Origin: Octopus sinensis
Lineage: Eukaryota
NCBI RefSeq assembly: GCF_006345805.1
Contig: NC_043007.1
Span: 54,374,001-54,438,000 of the forward strand
Direction: 5' to 3'
Length of the DNA stretch: 64,000 nt
This document shows, piece after piece, positions 1 through 11,999 of this stretch. The notes under the pieces are model-generated. The model made no database searches and was not told the origin of the DNA. It was given only the letters and a program-made list of their open reading frames with translations. Both the position numbers and the translations under genes were made by a program. The stretch's first letter is position 1. Each line of letters begins with the position of its first letter.

Positions 1-2
1 TG

Positions 3-52
<50 letters not shown>
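1..52. repeat. (TA)n microsatellite
   Basis: Near-pure TA dinucleotide run at the window start. Confidence 0.95.
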
Positions 53-275
53 CCAGAAATGACCACATGAAAATGATATGAAAAATAAAATTAAAATAAA
101 AACATCACAACCTTTATCTCAGTATTTGCTTCAACACCACGTTTCTAGTGAAAACCCTACCAGCAATGAGTTTGCCTTGTTTTGGATGGCCCATTTCAAT
201 AATAATTACTTCTTCCATTCTTCTCCTTAATTTTCTCTCTCTTTTGATTTCTTCCCTCCTTGTGGTACCAGTGCC

Positions 276-723
276 GGTGGCACATAAGAAAACCATCCGA
301 ACGTGATCGTAGCCAGTACCACAACGACTGGCCTCCATGCTGAGGGCACATAACAAACACCATCCGAGCGTGGCCGTCCGCCAGCCCCGTCTGGCACCTG
401 TGTCGGTGACACATAAGAAAACACCATCCGAGCGTGGCCGTCAGCCAGCCTCGTCTGGCACCTGTGTCGGTGGCACATAAAAAAAAAACACCATCCGAGT
501 GTGGCCGTCTGCCAGCCTCGTCTGGCACCTGTGTCGGTGGCACATAAAATGACCTACTACACTCTCGGAGTGTTTGGCGTTAGGAAGGGCATCCAGCTGT
601 AGAAACACTGCCAGATCTGACTGGCCTGGTGCAGCCTTCGGGCTTGCCAGACCCCAGTTGAACCGTCCAACCCATGCTAGCATGGAAAGCGGACGTTAAA
701 CGATGATGATGATGATGATGATG
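276..723 (+). mobile_element. 3' end of an RTE-clade LINE: 3'UTR minisatellite plus (GAT)n tail
   Basis: About 4.3 units of 63-67 bp (GCACATAA...CCATCCGAGCGTGGCCG...GCCAGCCTCGTCTGGC), then ...TAGGAAGGGCATCCAGCTGTAGAAAC...GCTAGCATGGAAAGCGGACGTTAAACGATGATGAT. The same tail ends the RTE at 53114-56569. Confidence 0.85.
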
Positions 724-2146
724 TGCTGCTTCCTCTTTCATTTCATCTTGTCGCCTTTGTGATGCTCTCATTCTTAGATATTCTCTCCTCACTGCTGCTT
801 ACTCTTGTTTCGTCTTGGCACTTTTGTGCTGCTCACTCTCTTAGCATATCTCTCCTTTGTGCAATTAGGTGCTCCTTTCCGTCTTTGGGCCTGTCTTGTG
901 TCTTGTGCTCATCTCTCTTGTCTCACTTCTTGTGATTAATGTAATAATCTTAATGCATTGTTTAATCTTCTTGCGTCCAGTTTTTCCTGAGTGAGACAGT
1001 CTGTTCTTTGCCTTTGTCTCTCTCTGGCTAACCGTTGCCTTCTGTCTGATTCATTCTCTATAGCAGGTGGATGAGTATATTTAATACAACGGATCACAAA
1101 CTTCAAAACAAATGAGTGTGTGTGTGTGTGTGTGTTATATTTCTATACGTAACCATACAAAGTCCAAAATTACACCGGGTAACATTAACGGCATACACAC
1201 AGACTTGTTATTTTTTTCTACCATCATCTGCGTGTTCTCTATCTCTGTCTGTCTCTCTCTCTCTCCCACTCTCTTTACCGCCTGAAACAAAAGATCTTGA
1301 AAACAAACTTCACCACCTTGGCAAAATTCTTCATTCATAAATATTTAAACATCATTCATTTCACTATTACTTACAGATATTCACACATCATTTGTACTTC
1401 CATTTCACTGTAACTTACTGATATTCCTTATCAAAAACATTTTTAATTCCCTTAAGCTTTTCTTTTATATGATATACCTATTTTCCTTGCATTACTTTAA
1501 CATAGCGTCCGAATTTCATTTCACTATTACTTAGTCATATTTATCAAAAACATGTCTCATGAAAAAAGACCCTCACAAAACAAACGCACAAGATGCATTA
1601 GAAAACGACAATGAGACACGCATGTCTAGGAGATCAGCGACACAGAAAGAAAGCTAGATGTGCATCTGAAACTGAACATCAACGAAATTATAGATAAATA
1701 AAATAACACATACAACTCACTTATTATTGTTATATCATAAACAAACACAAGTTCATGTATAATATTGATCTTCTACTTCAATTATTACATAGTTTTCTCT
1801 TCTAAAAATGCACACGTATAGAAGGAGTAAATTATACATATAATAATACATTCTATGTGGCCCCCGATAGACAATAAAAGTAATTAACCGATTAACAACA
1901 GGTTTTACTGCTAGTATGTGTGTGTGTGTATACATAATCATACATGCATCGTCACACAAAGACAGTTATAAGTATACACATATACACACATGCTTAATCG
2001 TGCATACATATCTTGGCAATCAATATAATCATAGACATCTATTAATAATAATGAGCTTGTTTTTTTTCTCCAAAATCATGCAATAAGAGAGTAGCAGAAT
2101 AAATATGAGTAATAACAATGAGAGAGGGAGTGGTATCAAACAGTGC

Positions 2147-2179
<33 letters not shown>

Positions 2180-2269
2180 AACAAAAACTTTTTCACTTTA
2201 TTGATGAACGCTGCCTGTCTTCTCTTTCACACACACACACACACTCTCTCTCTCTCTCTCTCTCTCTCT

Positions 2270-5083
2270 GACGGGTCGTCCAGATCTTATATCGATAGAT
2301 TCATAACAAGAAGGAAAGATAAGAAAATACTTAGCTGTCCACAACACCATATCGTCAGCTACAGCGATCACAAATTAGTGACCTGTACGTTCGACATAGA
2401 TAGCATGTGTAGACGAGGTACCGGCTACTGGAAGCTAAACAAGTCACTATTGGACTGTGAAGCCTACAGGAATCGGATTAAACAATTAGTAATGAGGGCG
2501 TTAACCGGATCCATTATCAACAATAAATGGTGGTACGCCCTGAAAAGAGCCATCAAATTTGAGTCAATTAGGTTTAGCAAAGAACTAGCTAGTGCTAGAA
2601 ACAAAGTAGAAAAGGAACTAGTTAAGGCTATAGAGGAGGCAATGAGGTCGGGCTGTGCATCGAAAGTGTTAGCGGCGAGGTTAGCACTAGACCAACATCT
2701 CCAAGCTAAACATGAAGGGTGCATTCTTAGGGCTAAGATCCGTGCAATGAGACAGGAAGGGATCAACGCAGCCGGATGGGCCCGGGTGGTAGAGGCCCAG
2801 CGTGGCAACAACTCAACCATTCGATCCTTGACGGGCCCAAATGGTCGATTAGTAAACGAACCCGAGGAGATGTGAAAGGTGTTTCATGATCATTTCGCCC
2901 AGCTATTCGGGAGGAGCGGCGAGCTGGAGCGCGGGGAGAAGCTCGCAGACTTCCTAGCCGGTTCGCCGCGTCTATCGGGGCCGGACGCGGAATCTTGTGA
3001 GGCGCCGATCACAGCCAAAGAAGTCGAGGATATGTTGGCAGAATGTGGCGGGGACAAATCGCCAGGACTCGATGGTCTGCCTTACGAACTCTATAGTAGC
3101 ATGCCAGACTTGTTTGGGCACCTACTTGCATGCGTGTACACCAACTGGCAGCAGAACGGGAGAATTCCTAAGTCTGTGAGCCGAGGGGTGGTAGCGTTGT
3201 TAAGAAAGGACCCAAACAAGGGGGATTTAATTGATAATTTCCGGCCTATCACTCTGCTTAACGCAGAGTTGAAGATCTTGGCCAAGGTCTTAGCAAAAAG
3301 GTTGGCGAGGGTCGTGGGTGAACTTGTTGGCGAGGCGCAAACTTGCGCCATCCCTGGAAGGACCATCCACGACAATCTCCACTTTCTACGCTATGCCTTA
3401 GAAAGGGTAAATAGGATTCCTGGCAAGGGTGGGGCTATGGTCCACTTGGACCAATCGAAAGCGTTTGATAGGGTGGACTATCAGTATCTGGCGGCGGCTG
3501 GCTTCGGCCCGACCTTCCGCGGATGGATCATCGCTTTATACAGCAACATCGAATCGGTAGTTCGGGTAAATGGTTTCCTTTCGGAGCCGTTCAGCATTGA
3601 ACGTTCGGTACGTCAAGGGTGTCCTCTCTCCCCGCTTCTCTATGTTTTGGCCCTCGAGCCGTTGCTGAGGAGGTTGGAAACTATGAGAGGCACCCCGCAA
3701 GATCTAGGGTGCGGAAAGTCAGCTTCGGCGTATGCGGACGACATCACCGTCATCGTTTCCCGAGTCGAGCACCTACAGTGGGTGGGTGAGGCCTTAAGGG
3801 ACTACGAAGCGGTGGCAGGAGCAAAAGTCAACCGGGATAAATCGGTCGGCTTGCAACTCGGCACCTGGAGGGGCAAGTCGATGTCTTCCGACAGCGTCGT
3901 AGGACGTTGGACGGAAGGACCGGTGAAAATGCTTGGGATCTGGTTAGGTCCAGATCTCCAGATAGAGAAGAATTGGAGCGAGGTGGCGAGAAAGGTGACT
4001 CTCCTAACTCAGACATGGTCTGAACGGAATCTGTCCTTGAAAGGGAAGGCGGAGGTTGCAGAAGTGTTTATCGCCTCTGTAATCACTTACCGCCTAACCG
4101 TCGTGCCTTGCCCCGATTCGTGGCTGAACAAACTGGAACGCATGCTCTTTCGCTTTTTGTGGAGGGGCAGCAGACCTCTTGTAAGGCGCTCTATTTGCTG
4201 CCAAAAGCCGCTGAACGGTGGGTTAGGGATGCCGTGGCTAAAAATGCGCAGACATGCGCTCAGGCTTAGGCACCTCTGGATTTACCTGGACGGTGAGCAG
4301 GTGTGGTCTCCGTTTGTCAAGCTGTTATTTCCACAGTTCACATCGTTTAACGAACTGAACCCATGGATCAAGTGTAGACCGAGGTTGGGCATGTGGCATG
4401 CAGAGTGCTATCAGGCACTCGTGCTTCTCTCCCAGTCGGGCAACGCCGGTGGCGGGGCTACTACCGCGTTCTTCTATAGAGGGTTAGTAGAGTTTAAGTG
4501 TGACGACGTCCTAGGAGAAACTCTGGGCTTCGACGAAAATCAACTGGCCAGCCTGTTCCAAAGAACATTCGGTCCGGGGCCTATGGATAATTACCAAAAG
4601 TCCCTGGCCTGGCAATGTTACAGAGGAGCTTTACCGGTTCGAGATAAGCTCTTTAGACATGGGTGTGCACCTTCGCCGGTTTGTGCAAGATGTAAGAGGG
4701 ACAGTGAAACTGTCCTGCACGCGATTGTGCAATGCCCCAAGGTGACTGAACTCTGGACTTATGTCGAACACCTGCTGTCGCATTCGAGAAGAGTACAACT
4801 GTCGAGCGAATCTGTAATTAAGATAGTTCCGCCGACCTTCCTGAATAGGGAGGAGCGAGCCTGTTTTCTTTCGGTAGTTGCTATGGCGAAAGAAGTAGTG
4901 TGGAAGACGAGAGTAAAAGGAATTGCAACAGGCATGTTTATCTCCAGTCTCGAGCTAATCGACTTTTTCGTTTTCCACATGAAACGGAAAATAAGGCTGG
5001 AGAAGAAATGCCTGTCGCAAAGTGTGTTTCGTAAAAGATGGAAGTCTATAGCAAGTATGTTGCGAGTGAAAGAACCTATTTAA
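2270..5083 (+). pseudogene. Tx1 ORF2 (partial APE, RT, zinc finger) with a single in-frame stop
   Basis: ORFs 2105-2875 and 2879-5083 are in the same frame, separated only by TGA at 2873-2875. The paralogue at about 7918 has TGT (Cys) there (EM*KVF vs RMCEAF). Confidence 0.9.
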
Positions 5084-5296
5084 TCGAGAATGTAAAAAAG
5101 GATAAAGCAAAGTCTTCAGTGTGAGTATGTGGTTTGTGGGGTCGACCGCGTCCTCCGCTTCATTTTTTGTTAATCACTCATTCTCATTTAATTGTATATA
5201 TATTAACTGTTTGTTTATTCATGTTTCGTCTCATTCGATACGCTGACCCCAACGTTTGTTTTGTCCCCTCTTTTTCTCAACTTATGGTGAATAAAG

Positions 5297-5301
<5 letters not shown>
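2270..5301 (+). mobile_element. Tx1/L1-clade non-LTR retrotransposon, 5'-truncated, flanked by (CT)n on both sides
   Basis: Starts in the APE C-terminus (SYIDRF...SDHKL...GYWKLN). RT motifs present (NFRPITLLN, DQSKAFDRV, RQGCPLSPLL, YADD) plus a C-terminal CARC...H...C zinc motif. The 3'UTR ends TGTCCCCTC...AATAAAG. (CT)n lies at 2244-2269 and 5302-5337. Confidence 0.93.

Positions 5302-5386
<85 letters not shown>
5302..5386. repeat. Compound (CT)n-(AT)n microsatellite
   Basis: Read directly from the sequence. Confidence 0.95.
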
Positions 5387-5391
<5 letters not shown>

Positions 5392-5510
5392 CGATAGAGT
5401 TGTTGGATCGGCTCGTAAGTTAATCGTCTTTATTATTGTTTTATTTCAAATTTTCGCACACGAGGTGTGTAAGACACCCAGCTTTTGTCTGGGTGTGTTT
5501 TCCGAGGGGA

Positions 5511-5723
5511 ATTTGCCCCTAGGGGCGATTTCAGCCCTTTTTTCATATCAAAATTTTGCTTCTCCAAATTTTTACGTATGTCGCTGAAGCGTTTCGTCTA
5601 ACGTATAAGCGTATCATCTTAACATTTTGTTTACATTTTTTCTTTCGAAGTTTTTGAAATTTTGAAGCACCCAACTTTCATTTGGGTATTTTAAAGTGTG
5701 GAATTCGCCCCTAGGGGCAAAAT
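5511..5723. repeat. Inverted repeat pair of about 22 bp, each arm containing the palindrome GCCCCTAGGGGC; possible MITE remnant
   Basis: ATTTGCCCCTAGGGGCGATTTC (5511-5532) and GAATTCGCCCCTAGGGGCAAAAT (5701-5723). No target-site duplication recognised. Confidence 0.5.
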
Positions 5724-5915
5724 TGAAAAAAGGCCTACACCCTATCTGGGGATACAAAGAGTATGTGACTTGGTGGAACAAGTTTGCCCACGTACAGGTA
5801 GTTTTTCAAAATGAAGAGTTAGCAAAACAATTCTCACCGCTAACTCTTCATTCAGACGACCTCATAATGATACCCAGCCAGCTTGGACAGAGGGTAACAA
5901 AGGTCATAATCAACA
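5718..5915 (+). repeat. Duplicated fragment (about 197 bp) of the downstream ORF1
   Basis: Near-identical to 6716-6912 at offset 997-998. Encodes LHPIWGYKEYVTWWNKFAHVQVVFQNEEL. Confidence 0.92.
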
Positions 5916-5969
5916 CCTTTTTATAATCATCACCTTTTTATAATTAAAATTTATTTCTCGATAATAAAA

Positions 5970-7055
5970 ATGTCGAGAAATTTAATTGTTGAGCAGTATT
6001 CGTCACATTTCTCTGACGAGAATTTTCCCAGTCTGGGAATGACAGAAGAGAGAATGGACGATTTGCTGAATAGCGTGAAGTCAAGAACAAAGTTTGAAAG
6101 GGACATTGCTGTCAACAACAAGGATATTCCTACAACCCTTGATAGCCCTGTCATAACCACCACCACCAAAACTGCCACATCTACCACCTCCACTACCACT
6201 ACAACCATTAACAACAACAACAATAACGCCACCACTTCAATATCTGCTGCTACGGCTGCCACCTCTGCCATTGACACCACCGCCGCCACCAAGAGCAATT
6301 CCCTTCAGCCTTTGCTTCCTCCACCACCAACAAGAGAGAAAGAAAAAGCCGCGACCACCAAACGAATTGCCGAAATTTGCTCAAACAAAGGGGCAAATTA
6401 TATAAACAATTTTCCACCCCTTCCTAGTTGCATAATCAACAACCATACACCAAATATACCGACTGCCATCAACACCACCACCAGCAACAACAATAACAAA
6501 ACAACAACAAACTTTGCCGAGGCAATAAAAGAAAAAAAGACAATAGTATCGTTTACTGCACAGCAAATAAAAGATACTAAAGCATTAATCATCAAAGAAA
6601 ATGGCAAAGTGCAACTAAATATACCACAACACGTACTGGATGACGAAAAAAAGAAAACAATTATATATAAAATAATAAACAGCACAACAAAGAGTCCAGA
6701 AAAGGCAAACACAGACAAAATTGAAAAATGCCTATGCCCTATCTGGGGATACAAAGAGTATGTGACTTGGTGGAACAAGTTTGCCCACGTACAAGTAGTT
6801 TTTCAAAATGAAGAGTTAGCAAATCAATTCTCAATGCTAACTCTTCATTCAGATGAGCTCATAATGATACCCAGCCAGCTTGGACAGAGGGTAACAAAGG
6901 TCATAATCAACAATGTTCCTCAAATAGCAGACACACTATGGGTAACATCAGCCATATGTGTCGAAGTGGAGGACATAAATATCCTACAGATCGCCATCTG
7001 TGAACACAAAAACTGGGTGGGAAAGAGACTAGAAATTCTTCTCCACATAAACTAA
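5970..7055 (+). CDS. Tx1/L1-type ORF1-like protein (361 aa), C-terminally truncated
   Basis: Low-complexity T/N-rich N-terminus. The C-terminal part (KKTIIYKI...IEKCLCPIW...VVFQNEEL...LGQRVTKVIINNVP...W...ILQ...NWVG) aligns by eye with the zinc-knuckle-bearing ORF at 16797-18003. It lies directly upstream of Tx1 ORF2 remnants. Confidence 0.7.
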   Translation: MSRNLIVEQYSSHFSDENFPSLGMTEERMDDLLNSVKSRTKFERDIAVNNKDIPTTLDSPVITTTTKTATSTTSTTTTTINNNNNNATTSISAATAATSAIDTTAATKSNSLQPLLPPPPTREKEKAATTKRIAEICSNKGANYINNFPPLPSCIINNHTPNIPTAINTTTSNNNNKTTTNFAEAIKEKKTIVSFTAQQIKDTKALIIKENGKVQLNIPQHVLDDEKKKTIIYKIINSTTKSPEKANTDKIEKCLCPIWGYKEYVTWWNKFAHVQVVFQNEELANQFSMLTLHSDELIMIPSQLGQRVTKVIINNVPQIADTLWVTSAICVEVEDINILQIAICEHKNWVGKRLEILLHIN

Positions 7056-7134
7056 GACGCCATTAACAAAATACCCACCCATATACATCTATCAGAGGAC
7101 CACAAATTGTAGATGGCAGCAATGAGTGTACTTT

Positions 7135-10100
7135 TTGACTGATAACAGTCTATGCACCGTCCTTAACAGGCTGACCAAATTTCTTTCGACATCTAGAGGT
7201 TTTCATGGGAACGTCTCGACCTTTACTTTTAGTGGACACGCATCTAGACTACCTGTGCAGAGATAGTAATAGGAGGGGATGCAAATGCCTCAAAGACCTG
7301 TTCAGACGTTTCCAACTGTCAGATAGGTACCAACTGGACCACCCGAATGTGCCAATGTGGACATGGAGTAACCGCATCGGGTCGTCCAGATCGTACTTAG
7401 AGTATTCTGTAGGACAGTAGATAAAAATAGTGTAGGTTGTCCACAGTTCCATATAGTCAGCTACACAGACCACAAATTTGTGACTTGTACACTTAACTTA
7501 GATAAGACACATAGGCAGGGTCATGGTTACTGGAAGCTGAACGCGTCTTTCACGGTACAACAGGCTTGATTAGCACATTAGTTAAGAGAGCATTGACTGG
7601 TGCCATCATCAACAATAAATGGTGGTATGCTCTAAAGAAAGCAATTAAAGCAGAATCAGTCAGGTACAGTAAGGCTCTAGCATTAGACCGAAAGAGAATA
7701 GAGGGAGATTTAGTTAAGAATTTAGAAGAGGCACTTAGAACTGGCAGCGAGGTTAGCCCTCGACCAACACCTCAACGCCAAACACGAAGTATGTGGTATC
7801 AGAGCTAAGATGCATGCTCTGAAGAACGAAGGAGTTGGAGATGCATCGAGGTAACAGAGCCACCATCAGGTTATTTACAGATGAACAGGGGCGCAAATTG
7901 CTTGAGCCTGAAAGGATGTGTGAGGCTTTTCAACAACACTTTACCCAACTGTTTGGGACAAGTGGTGGGTCAGAACGCAGAGTGGACTTTAGTGCCTACC
8001 TCATGCCTTGCCATGACTCTCAGCAAGAGAGGCGGAGTGTTGTGAAAAGCCCATCACACCCGCGGACGTGCAGGATGCGCGAGAGACAAGTCACCAGGAT
8101 TGGATGGTCTGCCCTACGAACTTTATTGTCATATGCTAGACTTGTTTGGAGGCATCTTGGCAGCTGTCTACTGCAACTGGCAGCAAAACAGGAGTATCCC
8201 CGCCTTTGTGAAGCGAGGAGCAGTGGCACTGCTTAAGAAAGATCCAAACAAGGGGGACGTCATAGATAATTTCAGGCCCATCACTCTGCTCAACGCAGAT
8301 TTGAAAATTTTGGACAAGGTGTTGTCATCGAGAAACTAGTCGACAAGGTGCAAACGTGCGCCGTGCTGGGTAGGAGTATCCATAACAACCTCCATCTGAT
8401 GCGCTACATCATAGACGGGGTAGTCAAGGATCCTGGCATGGGTGGGGCGCTTATCAATTTGGATCAATCAAAAGCTTTTGTTAGAGTAGACCATCACTAC
8501 TTGGAGGCTGTCCTTAAAGCGGCTGGTTTCGGTCCCGTCTTCCGCGGTTGGATCGCTGCCTTATACAGCGGCATCCACTTGGTAGTTCGTGTAAATGGTC
8601 ATCTATCCAGACCTTTTAACATGCGTTCGGTTTGTCAAGGATGCCCCCTCTCATCGCTTCTGTATGTATTGACTCTTGAGCCACTACTGCGGAAACTGGC
8701 TACGCTGAGGGCATCCCACGAGAGCTGGGATGCGGGAGGAGCGTGTCTGCATACGCGGATGACGTCACCGTCATAGTGTCGATCTACAGGCACATCGACC
8801 TGGTTGGCGAGACACTAAAAGAATACGAAGCGGTAATGGGTGCAAAAATTAACCGGGAAAAGTCAGTGGGCTTGCGGCTCGGCACCTGGAGAAGCAAGGT
8901 CCATGCCGTCCAACAGCGTTTCCATCGTGGAGCACTGGACCGACAGACAGGTTAAATTGCTCGGAGTCTGGTTCGGTCCGGACCTCCAAATGGAGAAGAA
9001 CTGGGGCGAAATAACAACTAGGGTGGCCACTCTCACCCAACAATGGGCTGAGAGGAAGCTATCACTAATAGGTCAGGTGGAGGTGGCAAACACGTACATC
9101 GCATCCTTCATTGAGTACTGTCTGACCGTCGTGCCTTGTCCTGACCCTACCATCACCAAACTGGAATGCATACCCTTCCGCTTCCTGTGGAAGGGAAGCG
9201 TTCCAATGGTTAGGCGATCCATTTGCTGTCAACACCCGCTAAATTGAGGGCTAGGCATGCCGCGGTTGATGATGCGCAGACATTCACTGAGAGTGCGACA
9301 TCTCCGGCGCTTCATAGACGACGGTGAACAGGTGTGGTTGACTTTTGTGCGGCGTGCTTTCCCGCAGCTCGTCTCCTTGGCTGAACTAGACCGAGGCTAG
9401 GCGAACGGCACCGCGAGTGTCACGTTGCTCTCAAGCAACTCTGCCGTCCGGGATCAAACTTGTGTGACTTCATCATAACAAAGGCATTCTATGGAGGATT
9501 AGTGGAGGGAAGGTGCGACGATGTTCTCAGGCAGAATCTGGGCGTCGACGACGAACACTTGACCCGCCTGTTCAGGACAACTTTCGGGCCGGGACCTATG
9601 GACAATCACCAAAGATCCCTGGCCTGGCAGTGCTATCGAGAAGCATTACCTGTTCGGGATAAGCTCTACAGACACGGTTTGAGACACACTGGACTGACTT
9701 GCCCAAGATGCAGTCAGAGAGACGAACCCATTCTGCATGCACTCGTACAGTGTCCAACTATTTCAGACCTGTGGGCTTATGCTGAACGGCTGCTGTCATG
9801 TGTGGGACGAGTCCGCCTGTCGACCGAGTCTATCGTGAAAATTGCTCCGCCTCCTTCCCTCAACTGGGAAGGCAAGGCAGTTTTTATCGTACTGGTGGTC
9901 ATGGTGAAAGAATGTGTGTAGTGGACCTGAGCAAAAAGATTAGAGACAAACACTTACCTCTCTGGCCAACCGCTCATCAACTATTTCAAGTACCACTTGA
10001 AAAGGAAGGTGAGAATGGAGAGGCAGGTTTTGTCTCGTGAAAGCTTAAAAAAAAGGTGGGTGAATGTAGCAAAGATGGTGCGTGTGAGTAATGAAACCAC

Positions 10101-10390
10101 TTTGAGCATGATCCTGTAAATCATAAAAGAGAGAGAGCATTTTGCTCTCATGTGTTTATTTCCTCCCTGACTGAGGTTACCGTGGTCTTTTCGTCCCACA
10201 GATGAACCCAATCTTGTTTCTTAATGTTTTTAAAAAAATTTATTTCTTTTATACACGATTCCTTTTTTTCCCCGATCCCTTTTGATTGGAATTTTACATT
10301 TATTTCCTTTTTTCTTTTTCCATCTTCGAAAAGAAATGGTCTACATTTGTATTTGTCCCCTCTGTATTCAGCCCTGTGTGGCCAATAAAG
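7135..10390 (+). mobile_element. Second, decayed Tx1/L1-clade ORF2 with 3'UTR
   Basis: APE fragments (TVYAP, SSRSYL, YTDHKFV, GYWKLN), RT fragments (NFRPITLLN, DQSKAF, QGCPLS, YADD) and CPRC...H...C, with many frameshifts and stops. Ends TGTCCCCTC...AATAAAG (10384-10390), followed by a CA/CT-rich tract. Confidence 0.9.
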
Positions 10391-10713
10391 AAAGTTATCT
10401 ATCTACAGATGCACACACACACACTCTCTCTCTCTCTCGCTCTTTCACTCACTCTCTCTGTCTCTTTCACTCACTCTCTCTGTTTCTTTCACCCTCTCTC
10501 CCTCTCTCAACAACATTTTCATTTTTATTCGATGAACACTGATTTTTTTTCTGGTAAACATTAATAACAATATATAAGATAAGTAAATACAGTTTTTGCA
10601 CCACAAAATTATTTTTTCTGTATCTCTATGGATGTCTGACTGTTCTTGGAGATTTTTTTGCTTAAAAAGTTGCAAAGTTAACAGAATATAAGATAAATAA
10701 ATAAGTAGTATAT

Positions 10714-10744
<31 letters not shown>

Positions 10745-10896
10745 TATACGTAGTGGATCCTGCATTCATGAAATGGATTCGATCCACCATAGCCAAATTT
10801 AAATTAACACTGCAACAGAACTTTTCCCACGGCGGAACAATGGTTTTTCTCTGACAACAGTTTTACACTTTTCATATGCCTTTAGCTAGGCCGAAA

Positions 10897-11287
10897 GGCT
10901 CTTTTCATTTGAATGGCAGTTTTAAAAATAATTTCCACATAACTAAACACTTTTAAACTTCGTATACTGGTAGAATGTGTTTATAAAGCATCTTTTTCTC
11001 TTGGCTTTATTGAGAAAATTCTATGGTTTGTAAGATATTTGTTGTTTCAACCAATCAATGACGTCTATTGAGGTGAAAACATTCTGTGCCGTATGAAAAT
11101 GTCCCTTGTTTAAGAAACAGATTGGGTTTATTTACATTACTGAAGAAAAAAAGATACCCTTTCCCCACCCCTAACCCTAACTCTAAAATAGATTGAAATG
11201 CAATAGATCGATACTAGGGTCATAATTATGGGTGACAATTTCATATGACACTGCTAGAAAAAACTGCCGTTGAAACCGAAAAGATCC
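10897..11287. mobile_element. MITE with terminal inverted repeats of about 28 bp (GG...CC) and an 8-bp target-site duplication; Merlin-like by termini
   Basis: Left GGCTCTTTTCATTTGAATGGCAGTTTT matches the reverse complement of the right end, GGATCTTTTCGGTTTCAACGGCAGTTTT. GGCCGAAA is duplicated at 10889-10896 and 11288-11295. Superfamily assignment is inference. Confidence 0.8.
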
Positions 11288-11999
11288 GGCCGAAATAATC
11301 TCTTCACCACTTGACCCCTTCTAACCTCTTCTACTTCACCAAAAGATAGAATAGAGATAACAAGACCACCAACTGAATCTATTGTTCTCGATGATATGTC
11401 TATCCTTCTGGATAGTTATAAAAACAAGCACATCCCAAGCAAAAATCAGTTATTCACAGTCGGTGACGATTCAACGAGTCCAGTCACATGGTGACGACTC
11501 AGCGAAGTCAGGCTGACCAGCTAGATCATTGGTCAGAGGGAGAAATGAAGTTTACTGTCAGCAACTGTGAGACAACGTCCCGCACCCTACAACTCTTACT
11601 AGCTCTAATTCTGTTCTCTTACAACATCATTCTACCTCTCTGTATTTACTACTAAACAATGAAGAGGACACAAACACAAACTTTACTTCGCATGCTTTTG
11701 GATTTATCATAACCTGCCCGTCGAGGCAAGGTATTTGTAATGTAATAGTAAATAAATACTTCCTTAAAACTTTATGTATTGTTCAGCTTTCACATCCTAC
11801 AGTATGTAACTATAACGACAATTTTTTATCGTTACAACTGCTGACTCCAACATTTCATAATAATGTTTACCAATCAATTTCTCCCACTAGATATATATAC
11901 ACATATATATTTATATATAAAAGGATAAAGATCCCACCTAAGCCAGATTCCGTGGTGTATATATTTACTGCACTGGAGGATATTGATATTTTTAAGAAG

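Noticed and set aside
114-275. Minus-strand peptide MEEVIIIEMGHPKQGKLIAGRVF as an ORF1 C-terminus
   Set aside because: No convincing similarity to the two ORF1 proteins in the window, and it is too short to assign.
276-548. Regularly spaced repeats resembling a CRISPR array
   Set aside because: Whole units are homologous with no unique spacers, the context is eukaryotic, and the array is contiguous with an RTE 3' tail.
6404-6427. NNFPPL motif shared by ORF1 and the Helitron protein
   Set aside because: A six-residue match with unrelated flanks; likely chance.
11800-11870. TAACGA/TCGTTA hairpin as a possible hammerhead stem II
   Set aside because: No catalytic core is recognisable on either strand.
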